A DNA stretch of 64,000 nt from Lama glama. Taxonomy: Eukaryota. The translations under genes and the position numbers were made by a program. Positions 37,701-50,820 of the stretch are shown here, in pieces. The stretch covers positions 55,552,001-55,616,000 of the forward strand of contig CM052841.1 of NCBI GenBank assembly GCA_028534125.1, given 5' to 3'. Under the pieces are notes generated by a model. That model had not been told where the DNA came from. It saw only the letters and a program-made list of their open reading frames with translations, and did no database searches. Numbering within the stretch: position 1 is the first letter of the stretch; every line of letters starts with the position of its first letter.

Positions 37701-39698
37701 GAGGCTGGATTTTGAATTGACCTTGAAGAATGTGAAGGAATATTGAAAAGGTAGAAATATGCTTTATGAGATTAGAGGGTAAGAGGTCAATACATGTAGA
37801 CCTTTCAACGACAGGCAAATAACAAGAAAATGCATTTCAGGAAAGGTAAGAACATTGAGCAGAGATGCAGAACTGGGACTCAGCGTGACTTGTCTGGGGA
37901 AGAAAGAGATAATTTTGATTTGACTGGTGAGCAGGGTAACACTGGGAGATGTTTGGATGGGTTGAGGGAAGCCAGATTTTGGAGGACCTTCCAATCCATG
38001 AAGTCCAAGTCAACATTAAGATTTATTGATAAGCAATAGAGAACAGGGGAGTGGCAATAGGAATGCAGAATTTTAAGAAGATAATCCTTAGGGATCATGA
38101 AAAAAGAATTGGCATCAAGGGGCCGGCTTGGAGACTTTTGCAGAAAGCCAGCCAGAGGTATTGAAGACATAAACCTATGGATAGACACTCAAAAACAGCT
38201 GTAAACTGACTGGATGAAGCCAACTTTGAGGAAATGGCTGCAGGGATGGAGATAAAATGTCAACTCAGAGAGACAATTCACATGAATAGATGTCAAGTCT
38301 CAATCACAAATTGGACCCACAGGTGAATAATCTGAAGAAAGATCTCTCTTGTGTACTTGTACACCTTTAATGACTTTCTATATAATTTTCTCCAGGAAAA
38401 TAATATATAATTCCACTTGGAATTAGATTTCAAGTCCCATTCAAGCAGCAAAGATTAAAAGATCGACTTTCTAACACAAACTTTGGCTCCAGCCAAGGGC
38501 AGGAAATCCAACAAAACCCATAAGGAAGTTGTTTAGGACGGTTCATACCTCCTCGAAATTCCTCAAGGAATTTGCCGAATCTGAATTGTGAGGGAAAGAG
38601 GCTGACCCTTCCTCAGGATCTCTCTAAGTATTTTGTATCCATTGTCACCTTGTAACCTCATACCAACCCTGTGTATATGTGCACAGGTCCTCCCACTTAA
38701 CGAGCTTCAAAAAGAAGACAAGACTCAGGCAGGGTCACTCAGCTGGGAGGTGCAGGCACAAGGGTTTCAGTCTGCCTATCTCTAAAACACCCCTCTACAC
38801 TGTGTGGGGACTACGCTCCCAGATCCAAGGGCACCTGGATTCTTTCATTCAAAGGGACATGCTGTAAATAACTCTCTCTTTTCAAGTACCCAGGACCCAA
38901 GCAGTCTTTATAAGTTAAAAAAAAATGAAAAAAAATCATATGGCCAGGGAGTTTCCTGCAGGGACAGGACTCCTCTCTGTAGTGTGACTTGATCCAAGAT
39001 GAAGTCTTGAAAAAGAGCTTTTGTCCCAAGGGCTGCTGTTAAGAACGTGCACCTCTTTTCTTCCGGTTTCATATGCTCCTCGGTCACCTTTGTGTATTTC
39101 TTCCAGTGAGTGTATATCCTGACCCTTCCATTGATTGGATCAAAGCAAGGGGCTCTCTGTGAAGACCGCTCACAACTGGGTTCGGGGAACTTAACCTTTC
39201 TCCTCTTCTAGGGCATCATCTGCTGACCAGCAGCACCTGAAAGGCCGGGAACTTGGTGACAGATTGAGATGCCACAAGCTCATCGCTGGCGTCTCCACGA
39301 TTCCCATGTCAGCCGCCTGTTTCCCCTCCAGGCTCCTGGGATGTAATCACTGTGACCTGGAGGGAGGAGGCAGGCAAAATGGGCACAGAGAGGGAGGTTG
39401 GAGTGAATGCCTAGTGCACTGGTGGGGGACTGGGTCTGAATAAGAAAGCGTATCAACAAGTTCCCTGGGACTTACATGTGCAGAGCTTTCATCAGAGCAT
39501 GGGCGTCAGTGTCAGCTTGGTGTGGAACATATCAGACAGAGGGACAAAAAGGCAATGGGTGACCCCTAAACGCAGTATGAAAAGGAAGAGATACACACCT
39601 TTGTTGGTGGCTGTATGTGGCAAGGGAGGAGCATGAAAGCAGGGTTTGGGGAAAGATTAGGGTTTCACTCTTCAATAAATATTCATTGACTCATTTTT

Positions 39699-39974
39699 TT
39701 AAATTGAGGTAGAGCTGATTTACAATGTTGTGTCAATTTCTGGTGTACAGCGTAGTGAGTCACTTGTACATTTATGTATATTCTTTTTCATTATAGGTTT
39801 TTACAAGATACTGAATATAGTTCCCTGTGCTATACAGTAGGACCTTGTTGTTTATCTCTTTCATACAGAGTAGTTTGTATCTGCTAGTCCCAAACTCCTA
39901 ATTTGTCCCTCTCTCCCCCTACTGTTTCCCTTTGGTAACCACAAGTTTGTTTTCTGTGTCTGAGAGTCTGTTTC
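39699..39974 (-). mobile_element. 5'-truncated lineage-specific L1 3' end inserted into an L2 tail
   Basis: 'gaatatagttccctgtgctatacagtaggaccttgttgttt'. TSD TCATTGACTCATTTTT (39683-98) / TCATTGAATCGTTTTT (39975-90). Confidence 0.9.
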
Positions 39975-41975
39975 TCATTGAATCGTTTTTATACGTCACA
40001 TAATGTGCTAGTTGGCAGGGATATAGCAAAGCAGACAGAATCTGTATCAGAGACTGGCGTTAGTCACGTGATCACATAAATGTATATATTTTAAACTGTG
40101 TCTAATGAAGAAAAGAAAAAAACCCATGGAGTTGTGGGCATTTATAGAAAGGAATCCCGACCTAGCCTGTGGGCTGAGAGCCACTGCAGTTAGGACAGGC
40201 CATCCACGGAGGTTCCCGAGCAGAGCCCGGTCAAACATGTTCTAAGCCCAGAGAGTAAAATGACACCAGCGTGGTTGGGGGACAGAGTGGCACCACCATC
40301 AGGGGCTGGAGAGGTGAGACTCAATTTAGGGAGAACTTTGTAGGCTACACATGTTGGTGACTGAGCGATAGACAACCTGGTTTGCTCACTGATTTGGGGG
40401 CACCACCGATGGGATTTTAGTGAAAATGTGAAATGACCCAGCTTTGCCATTTTGAGCGATGATCCTGGCTGTGTGTGAAGAACGAGAATGCTGAAAGCTC
40501 ACATTTGGGCAATTGATATCTGGCAAGACCTGCTAAAGTTGACACGTCACCCGGAGGGCAGGTGTGGAGGGACACAGGAAAAGGAGGCAGTTTTTGCTTA
40601 GTAGCTTTTTTTACCAGGAATTGTGACAAGGGTTTAGTGATTCTCATTTTATTTAATCTCCATAAAATCTTTATAAAGTAGATGGTATTTCTGCCATTTG
40701 ATGGATGAGGGACTATCTAATTTAGAGAAATCCATCCATCTATCGGTCCATCCATCCATCCATCTGTTAGCTTATTCACTCATTTATTCACCACATATTT
40801 TATGGAGCAGCTACAATGAAGTGAACTGGTTAGTCACTGGGATTTCTCTGGTGACCAAGACATGGTTGGTCCCTACTCTCAAATAATTTATGGGCTAGTG
40901 GAAACACAGATGAGCAAACGGGTGCTTAAGTTCAGTGGAGAAAGTTCCCTGCAATGGGGCAGGCCGTAGTGCTTGGAACAGCAAAGGCAAACACCCATCC
41001 TCGCTGGGGCGGGTGGGAACCTCACCCAAGGTCTCCACCAGTGTGTGTCAAGGCCAAGTCTCAGATGCACGTGGGTGGGCCTTGATCTGAAACTCACATG
41101 CCGTTCACCTCGCCATAGTGTACGAGCAGTTAGTTTGGGATTTTTGGTAAAGTCTCTGAAAAACACATCACCCGTCTTGACTAAATCCCACTGGAGGTTT
41201 GGCTGTGAAGAGCTGTGAGTGAGCACACGGGAAGCTGGTGGACCTCAGCGTCCCTTCCCCACGCTGCCCGGACTTGGCTGGAGCCAGGTCGTTCTGGAAG
41301 CACTGAGCGCCCAGGCCTCCTTAAGCACCTGCCCAGGACACGCCATGCATTTAATGAGCTCTGCCCACGGCCGAGGGGCACTTGGCACCTCGGACAATGG
41401 AAATAACCCCTCAGGCCAAACAAGAAATGAAGTGCACGGGCTGCCAGAGTTTTGGAGCACGAGAGAAGGAAATCTGGGTTGAGCGAGGAAGAGCTATTAA
41501 TTATAATCTCAGCTCAGGCTTGAGAGGGGCGAGAAGTGCTTCTACAGAACATCACTTACCTCCGAGAGAAGGAGAGCGCGGACACCCATTCTGTCCCATC
41601 CCATGAGCCTTCCGGAGCCTTGTAGGAGGCCATGAAAACACACACACACACACACACAGGCGCACACATTTTCCCGAACACTTGATTATGTGCCAAGAGT
41701 GGCACTTCGTGTTTTCCTGCGTTATCTTATTTCATTTCATTCTTCCAATAGCCCCTTATGATTAGTTCTTCATTATTATCTGTATATTCCCTATCGATAA
41801 GACCAAAAATTTAGGGCCCCCATCATCAGGCTCCATTTTATCCTTCCAGAATCTTTTCTGACTTTTAAACAAACTTAAAGAAAAGGACTAGTTACTTAGG
41901 AAATACGCTATTTCCCATTGACATCTGTTTTTCCACCGTAACCCAGGAAGGAAGCTGACGTTGATGCCTTGCGCC

Positions 41976-42010
41976 TTTGGGAGACGTTTGGGAGACGTTT
42001 GGGAGACGTT
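41976..42010 (+). repeat. Perfect 11-bp tandem repeat (TTTGGGAGACG)x3
   Basis: Read directly from the sequence. Confidence 0.95.
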
Positions 42011-43202
42011 ATGCTGCATCATCGTAGAAGGACCACGGGAAGAAAGGAAGTGGTCTGTGTTTTGGAGGGAGGAGGTGGAGCGAGCTTCACAGCAGTGAAA
42101 GAGACAAAGCTTTTCCTGTGCGGAGAGGAGAGAAGAGATTCAGTGGGGTGGAGCGGGGAAAGGAGAGGGGATGCCGCCCCTGGGAAGACCACTGTGCAAG
42201 GCACCTGGGACCCCACGGACAGCTATGCCTCGGAACAAGGGGACCAGAACCAACATCTAGAGCCAAAGGACCAAGTCTGCCAGAGGGGACGCGGCACCCA
42301 CAGCTACGCAACAAACTAAGGACCTATTCTTTCTCTCCCCTGATTCCTAAAGCTTACTCCACCCTCAGGGCATAGAGAGAACATCCTGGAAGGAGGGAAG
42401 CTTGCATATTCCGTAACCACCTCCGCAGACACCACATATAAACCTGTAAAAATAGGTCCAACCCTTGATACACAAATGCATAATCTTGTGAACTCAGCAT
42501 TATTCATGGTGCTTGTGTCATTTACTCTTTTTTGCATTAGCTGATTTTTTAATGCCTCCATGTGCATGCACGTGCAAGCATGTGCGTGTGTGTGTGTGTG
42601 CATCCATGGGTATGAATTCATGTAAAGGCAGGGGCTTGGGGCAGGGGAGCCTCTGAATGAGTCTCTCAGAGATATACATGAATGTAATGAACTTTCTTAA
42701 AGACCCAAGGTAACATCAGGTGGCATTAAAAAAAAAAAAAAGGAGAGACAGCCAGGAAGCGAAGCCTCCTTGATTAGAGGCCAGGATGTCATTCACCACA
42801 TGCAACCTCAAAGCCAGGTTCAGAGCACGGGCAGAGTGGGCAGCTGCCCACCTGGCATGGCTGAAATCTCCTCTCCACTGCAGCCTCCCCTCAGCAATCC
42901 TCCCGCACACGGATCTTCTCTCACATGTCACTTTTTGGGTTTCCAGCAAAGATCTCATGTTTGGGCAGGGGTGGGAGGGGACACATTTATTGATAAACTC
43001 TGTATCAGTACAGTGAATTACTTACAACCTTGGCCAGGAGATGAGGTTGAGGTCCATTTGCATCACGGACTACCTTAGTGATTTTAGCAAGACCTTGTAC
43101 CTTTCTTTGCTTAAATCTTCTCATGTATAACATGCTTTTCTTGTTGTTTGTTAATGATAGTATGGTGGGGAGGATTAAATGAGGAGATGCAAGTGAAGTG
43201 GA

Positions 43203-43592
43203 NNNNNNNNNNNNNNNNNNNNNNNNNNNNNNNNNNNNNNNNNNNNNNNNNNNNNNNNNNNNNNNNNNNNNNNNNNNNNNNNNNNNNNNNNNNNNNNNNN
43301 NNNNNNNNNNNNNNNNNNNNNNNNNNNNNNNNNNNNNNNNNNNNNNNNNNNNNNNNNNNNNNNNNNNNNNNNNNNNNNNNNNNNNNNNNNNNNNNNNNNN
43401 NNNNNNNNNNNNNNNNNNNNNNNNNNNNNNNNNNNNNNNNNNNNNNNNNNNNNNNNNNNNNNNNNNNNNNNNNNNNNNNNNNNNNNNNNNNNNNNNNNNN
43501 NNNNNNNNNNNNNNNNNNNNNNNNNNNNNNNNNNNNNNNNNNNNNNNNNNNNNNNNNNNNNNNNNNNNNNNNNNNNNNNNNNNNNNNNNNNN
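43203..43592. other. Assembly gap (390 N)
   Basis: Run of N. Confidence 0.99.
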
Positions 43593-44699
43593 TGTGTAAG
43601 TTGTGGTCACAGATTGGCCAGCTTTGTGACTGAGCATGATTGAAGACGAGCAATGGACAGATATGTTTTGATGTAGGAGAGGGAGTGGGGAACTTCCAGG
43701 CATGAGGGGAATTTTTTGAAGAAAAGCAGAGCTGTGTAGGGTCCTGAGTTGATGGTGACATGGTGGGGGGTCTGGGGATGGATGGCCTCTGATAGCAGGA
43801 GTTTCATTAGCTTCTTCAGGATTGATGGGAGGAGGGCCACTGCAGAGATTAGTCAAACATCCTCTGTCACCAGGACTGCCCTTTTCTAGGTCCCTCCCAG
43901 AGTCCTGCTGTCTTGCAGTGTGAGAGCTCCAACAGACTTCAGACATCTGTAGCACGACTTCCTTTCCTGGCACAAACTGGAGCAATGTCGCTCAGACAGG
44001 AAGGAGACTTGTCCAAGGTCAAGCTCTGGAGCTGGGACTAGAACTCAGGTCACTGAGACTCCCATTCCAGAGCACATTTCAATGCCTACCACGTCTCAGT
44101 TCACATTCCAGCACCAGCCTACGACGGAGGTGTTTATCACACAGCTACCTGGCCGCTTACCACGGTCCTGGCTCTGCCCCTAGCTAACCGGGGCCCTTAA
44201 GGGCACCCTTCCTTTCCGTGAGTTTGTAGTTTGGGTGACTGATCTGGATGGTTTCTAAGGTCCCGTTAGCTTTGGTGATCTGTGCTTCCACAGCTCACGA
44301 GTCACGGAGGCTGTCAGATGTCCGAGTAGGAGGAGGACGCAGTGTGGCAGGTGGCGTCCCTGACTTTGGAGGGGAACTTGGCAGAGCTGCCTCCTCTGCT
44401 GGGGATGGGGAGGGTGGGAGCCAGCAGGAGGAGCCACCCACTTTGGACAAAAGCTGTGATTCACCCAGTAGAAGAAGGGAAGGGGGGAGGCCCATCAGCC
44501 TGTAGCCTGGAACTCTGCTGGAGATGTATCTGGGATCCTCTAAGCCCTGAACCTCTGTGCACAAAAGACCTGGGGCTGACTCAGGCAAACCTCACAGTTT
44601 GTATTTACAACTCTCTCACTAAGATTTGAGGAGGCTACTATTTCTGTGACAAAGCTATTTCAAGATTATTCAGCACGTTTTAGTGACTCCATTTTCCAT

Positions 44700-45275
44700 G
44701 ACACAGCCAGAGGGGTCTTTCTAAAATAAAACTTGGGTCGTGGCATTTTCTTGCTTTAAAGCCTTTAGAATATTCCACAATCCTTGCTGTGGTTTATAGA
44801 GGCTGGTTAAATGTGGCCTTTGCCTGCCTCTCTGACCTCCCTCCAGCCTCTCCCCTTGCACCATTGCCCTACTCCATTGCCACTGGTCCATCTCCTTTCC
44901 CAAGGGACCCCGGCTTGTCACCTTCTCACTGCTTTTGCATGTGCTGTTCCTGCCTCTGGGAATGCTGTTCTCCTCACTTTCCTACCATCTATCACTAATT
45001 TTTCTTCAGGTCTCTGATTAAATGTGACTTTAGCAGAAAGGTTCTTCTCACTCCTCCCCAATCTAAATTACAGCTCCCTCTGATATTCTTGAAAAACACA
45101 TCATCTTCTTCCTCTTACACTGACCTCAATTTGTAATTATATACTTGTTTGGGATTATTTGTTGCTCTCTCCCTCCTACTATTCCCAAGGCCCCTAGGAC
45201 CCACGTATCCTTTCCCTCCCTGAAACGCCAGTCCCTAACACAGTGCCTGGCAAATAGTGAACACACAGTAAAAGA
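44700..45275 (+). mobile_element. L2 LINE 3' region
   Basis: 'cacagccagaggggtctttctaaaa...tgctgttcctgcctctgggaatgc...cctaacacagtgcctggcaaatagt'. Confidence 0.85.
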
Positions 45276-45639
45276 TTTTTTTTTTTAAAGGGAGTGTATA
45301 GTCACGGAAACCAACATTAGGAATAACTGCCCTGAGATGTGAAATGTCCACGGGTCCTTCCCAAGTACCCACAGGGGAATTCGTGCATTTATGTAAAATC
45401 AGTGCTTTGCATCCTTCCTCCCAGGGGAGAGCGGTTTTAGAACCCTAAAATGTTGAGACTGGACAGAACTCAAGGTAAAAAAAAAACCTTGGCCAGTGGT
45501 TTCAAACTCTCTTTTAGCAGTGTTTTGCATTCAAAGCTTTGTCCAAACCTCATTATATAAACCACATGAAAGCAAAGCTCTCTGGCTAATGTGGGGGTGG
45601 GGGCAGAGGGGAAGTAATTCCCAGAATTTTTACCCTCCC

Positions 45640-45850
45640 GTCATGGTGTCCCTAGGGTGAAGTAGTGGGGGCGGTTCACCCTGGGTATAGGCAATAAAGG
45701 GGCATACCGTCTGTAGAGAATCTTAAAACAATAATACAATCAAGAAAGAATAAACATAAAACTGTTAAAATTCAGCCAGCTTTCTAGCAGACGATTCTAG
45801 ATAATGTCAGTGATAACACAGTCTTCCTGGCCAGGGTGGCAGGTCTCCGC
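45640..45850 (+). mobile_element. MER97-like hAT-Tip100 fragment
   Basis: 'aggcaataaaggggcataccgtctgtagagaatcttaaaacaataata...gattctagataatgtcagtgataa'. Confidence 0.7.
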
Positions 45851-46074
45851 TCCCTGAGTGCTGCAGGTCCCCACGGCTTCCCCCATGGCATTTTCATCCA
45901 AATTCCTCATCAAGGAAGGAACTAACTTGGTCAAAAGTGGGGCGCTCCCACGGTGGGCCAGCTCGGGATGAGCTCACCCAAGAGGAGAGAAGTCAACGTC
46001 AGGTGAGCACTAGCTCCCAGGCCTTTAGCGTTACCCCTGTGGCTACTGTCCGGACAGAGGCTTCTGTCCTTGAG

Positions 46075-46270
46075 AGGCAGGAATGGGTAGAGGTCAAAGG
46101 CACAGACTCTGCAGCCAGACAGCCTGGATTCAAATCCCAACCGTGTTATTTGCTGGTGTGTTGAGCTTGGATTACTCACTTGTCCTCTTCAAGCTCAAGT
46201 CCTCACCTATACAATGAGGAGGCTAAAATGACCTACTACAGAGGGCTGCGTTGTAGATCAGAAAAGAGAA
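46075..46270 (+). mobile_element. MIR SINE
   Basis: 'gcacagactctgcagccagacagcctggattcaaatccca...cctcacctatacaatgagg'. Confidence 0.85.
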
Positions 46271-46999
46271 TGGGTGCTCCTTGCTTGGCAAGGGAGTAAG
46301 TACTAGTACGCGTGAATCTTAGTCCTTGCTTGGGATTTACACGTCTGGCCTCTCCTTTACGTTGATGCCGGGTTGCTGGTTGGTGGGGAAAACACGCGTG
46401 GTCTCAGGGATCTCCTCGATGCCAGCACTGCAGGGGTAGCTTTCCCTGTCTGGGGACACCATTTGGCAGGGGCTAAATGTACGAAGTGTTGAGATCTGCA
46501 AGAAGAAGCCAGGAATACTTCATGCAACCCCCCAGAAGGAAACAAAACCTTCACCGTGTGCCTGACCTTGACGACCTAACCGCTGGGCTGGAAGGTGGCC
46601 ACTGGGACTGTTGCTGCTCCCTGGACAGGACCAAAAGCTAAACATTAAAAATAATAATAATAATGAAAATGGAAAGTAAATTTTCTTCTTAGGCCCTTCT
46701 TAGGGTGAGACTTGAGATACTTCTTTTTATGTTCCCGTGATCCTGGTAGGTCTCACAAATTACCATGAACCAGAATAACTTCCCCTTTTCTTTACCTACA
46801 ACTTCCAGTAAGCCTAGAGCATCCTCAGCGCCCGAGAAACACAGACGCTGTACATTGCACAGTGCATCTTGCTGACAGGTCTATGATTTCATGTCTTTGT
46901 ACAGAGAGAAATGGAGACAGGAAACAGTCCTGGCTACATGCCTACCACGTGCCTGGTGCCATGTAAGACTCTTCTTAAATAGCAACTCATGTTTTTTTT

Positions 47000-47190
47000 T
47001 AAATCAAGCAGTTCTAAGCACTTTACCCTCCATTCATTTTTATAGTTTCACATTTGATCCCCACAGTTATCTTGTAAGATATTTCCATTCGCCAGATTGG
47101 AAAACCGAAGCTCAAGGGGTAAAAGAACGTGTCAAAGTTTACCCAGTTTAGAAGGCACAGAGCCAGGATTGGAACCCAGGCCCAGGAGAA
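47000..47190 (-). mobile_element. MIR SINE
   Basis: 'gttctaagcactttac...gcacagagccaggattggaacccagg'. Confidence 0.8.
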
Positions 47191-49699
47191 CTTGAAGGCT
47201 TTATGACTTCCTCTCTGCTACACCATGGCCCTCTTCTTATTTTATTTCTCAAGAATTAATTTATTCATTGTTAAAACAGCCTTGGGCAGCAGGAATCATT
47301 GTGTCCATTTTATAAGAAAAAACAAGAGTTTTAGCAAGACCTCGATGGTCACCCATCATTGCATAGAATTTCGAGAACACAGCTATGAGTCTAAAATATG
47401 CAAGGTTTGAAGATCATCAAGCTCCTTCCAGTGTGTGTGTGGCTCTCAAAACCTTTGTGCCTCCCCAGCAGCCTTCCTGAGAGAAGCTGGCAAAGGAGCA
47501 GGGAAAGGGTAAATAATTTTTCTAATGCCATACAGCAAAATATTTCTCAGTGCTGCATCTGTAGGACTTTGGGGACCCTCCCCCGATGAGCTCTGCTTCA
47601 AGAGTTTTGAAACAAAACCTTTCTCTGGATCCTTGTAGCATCATCTCTCGGTAGAGGGGAATTTTCCATTTACTGAGGGAAACTGACTTCTGAGTGACAA
47701 CATCCGCCCACCGAGAGCCTGGATCGAGCCCAGGCTCCCAGTTCCAGGCACTGCTGTGGAATTCGTGAGCTTGTGTCTCCTGAGGCTGGACCATCACGCT
47801 TGGTGTGGGCCGGTGGCTGTGCTGAAGCCCATCTCCGAGAGCTGGAGGGCGCGTTCCGCGCTGGTAGGAGCACACAGAGAAGCCCACTCCATCCTGTGGG
47901 CCCTGGCTAAGCAGAAATGTTCCAGCCCGAGAACGTATTAGTCATGGGTTATGACTATTGCTGACTTGAAACAATGCAGGATGTAGCACACAACAGCAGA
48001 GGGAGGAGGCCCCTGGGGATGGTCCAGACCAGCCTCAATAGTTTCCTGATGAGGAAAGTGAGGCCCAGTGGGGAGCAGTAACTCACCCAGGGCCACTCAG
48101 TGAATCACAGTAGAGAGGAGTTGTAGCATTTGCTCACTTCGATCAGGGTCTAAGGAACCCTGGAGGGTAGATGTAGCCAAAAACCACTGGAGAGGTATGG
48201 ACATGTTTTGGAGATTGGTTCCATTTTCGTCTTGGATAAACTTTGGCAAATTTGGGGTTATGGGGTTACGGTCCAATTTTGAGTCTCCAATTCCTTCCCC
48301 ATCGCTCAGACTCTGGATATACGGTGTTAAACCTGGAAGACATTTCAGGAGGGTCTCCAGTGCAGATGCAGGATGGCAAAAGATGATGCTAAAGGTCATT
48401 GAGGTGAAAGGCTGCACACATGGTCCTGAAGCTGACTGGCACTCCTTGGACTTCCACATGTGTGGCTGTGTTAGGAGAGAGCTGGCCCAGCTCCTCCAAC
48501 ACGTGCACTTGTCACCTGGCCTTTGCAATTGTACTCATTCATTCACTGAACAAATACACAGAGTGAGCCCACATGTGCCAAGTACCACCTTGGGTGCAGG
48601 GATACAGAAGCAGATTAAACAGAGTTCCTGCTCTCACGGAACCTGGCATTTACAGACTCTTCTCAAATGTCACCTCCTTGGTGAAGCCCTCTCAGGTCAC
48701 CCCATAAATAAATGGTCCAACTGCTTATAATTTTTATAGCCCGCAAGGCCAGGAACTCAGTAATGCCTGACAAATGTTCCTTGAATTATTTGATGAACTC
48801 AGTCAGTCAATCAGTCATAAACACTTAGCATTTTTATGTACAAGGTCTTATACTGGTGTTTATTATAAATTGATAAATAATGTGGGGCTCTGCATAGATG
48901 TCTTTGAATGTATGTCTTGTCTCCTTAAATATAATATAAACTCCTTAATGATGGTGGGGACATCAGGTCACCTGTCCATGTATAGTGGACTAGAGAACGT
49001 GAAGCTTTCTTGGAGTAGAACAGCTACTCAGTACATGTTATTAGAAGGAGGGAAAGAGGATGACTTCCTATGGCAACTCTCTGAAGCTTTGTAATTAGAG
49101 ACATATATTGCCACCACTTCAAAGATGAAGTCTTCTAGGTAGGTAATACTCAGAACCAGGATGAAAATCAAGAACTTCTGAATACAGCCCTGAGTCCTTT
49201 ATTCTCTCTGGATAAGATATGGACTATTAGACTAAATTTAGGAATATGAGCTCTCCAACAGTCATCTGGAGAGTGAGGAGTTCTAGCCAGCTCCTGCTGG
49301 GAACATGGGACTCTTATCTCCACCCATCAAAGCCCTTGGGAACTCATTTCAGAGCTAAAGGACCTTCATTTCCAGAAAGCCCCTCTTCACAGCCAACTAG
49401 AACCTCTCCATCCTTCTGTGAAATTGTTCAGACCATCACAGAACTGGAGTTTACTGACCTTTGAACTTTTGTTCAACCAAACAGCTAAGAACACAAGCTC
49501 TGGGGTCCAACTGAACATACTCAAGTTCCTCAACTGTCTGAACTTCTGTCTCCTCCTTTGCAACTCGCATGGGTGATAGCCCCAACTCCCAGACTGCTGT
49601 GCAGATTAAACGAGATAATCTCTGTACTCCAAGACGAAGCACATGGTGAGTCCTCAACAATGTTAGTTCCTGTGATTGCGTGCTTGCAATGAAGATCAT

Positions 49700-50350
49700 C
49701 AGCCACTCAGAAAATCTTTCCTGAGAGCTGGTCATGTGCCAGGCATCGTGCAAAGTGCAGAGGATTTGGGAATGACTAATAATGGAATCTGTTCTCAAGA
49801 ACCTGATGGTCTCATTGGAACCTGACATGTATGTAAGTTACATTCACTGAGGCAGAGTTAAACACAGCACAAATAAAACACCTGTATACAAGCACACGGG
49901 GAAGAGAGCTTCATCATAACTGTGGGTTTGAAGAGGGGGTGGCATCTGAGCCAAGTCTTGTAGGATGAGTGATGAAGAAGAGGGAGAAGCTTGAGGGAAT
50001 GGCAAGGTCACTGATGAGGAAGGACTGGGCATTCTCAAGGCATGCCATGTGTCCTGAGGCAATCAGAGTGTAGGGAGGGTAGGTAGATATAAAGGGACAT
50101 AGGACTGGAAAATACAGACACGTCCACTTATAGGAGGTTTCACGGTTTCAAATAAATCATGAAGAGTCATTTGAACTTAGTATTTTAAATGTCAGAGAGC
50201 CACTGAGAAGTGTTGAGGAAGGGTGTAGCATAATCTCACCTAAAATTGGATGGAAATTTCAAAGCCAGTTGCACAGGGATGATTGGAAAAAGGAGACACT
50301 GGGATCAGGAAAAGCAGTGAGGAGATATGGCAGTAGTTTAAACGAGAGGT
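49700..50350 (-). mobile_element. L2 LINE fragment
   Basis: 'atgtgccaggcatcgtgc...gtggcatctgagccaagtcttgtaggatgagt...gagagccactgag'. Confidence 0.75.
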
Positions 50351-50399
50351 AATCAACTATGCCTCCCAGCAAACACCCATCATCTCTCTGCGTGGTCAG

Positions 50400-50820
50400 A
50401 TGCCCTGCATAAGCCATCCATTGCCTAAATTCTCACCTCCTTCTTTCCCATCACTCTACCTCTCACCCACTGCACTCTGGATAGACTGGCCTCCACTCCA
50501 ATCCTGGAATGTCACAGGCATGTCTAAATCTCAGGGCCTTTGCACTGGCTTTTCTCTCTGCCTGCAATAATTATCCCCCAATTATTCACTTGGGGCTTGG
50601 TTCTTTACTTCACTTGGGTCTTATCTAGATGTCACCATCCTATCTAAAATGCCTTCCAGTCATGTTTGAATCCCCTCACCTTGTTTTTCTTTTTAATTCA
50701 CAAAACTTATCCTTCCTGTCATGAGGAAAGATATATCTTCATTATCTGTTTTCTTGAGGGTAGATAACTTATCCTAGATCACATGGGTGCTTGGTTAATA
50801 TTGGTTGAATGAATGACTAA
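50400..50820 (+). mobile_element. L2 LINE 3' end
   Basis: 'ctcagggcctttgcactggct...aatattggttgaatgaatga'. Confidence 0.8.

Noticed and set aside
41976-42010. Short direct repeats as a possible CRISPR-like array (also 53805-53836, 14059-14083, 20170-20205)
   Set aside because: Head-to-tail with no spacers; ordinary slippage duplications in a mammalian genome.
48197-48730. 177-aa ORF
   Set aside because: Its 3' half runs through L2 fragments; no homology recognised.
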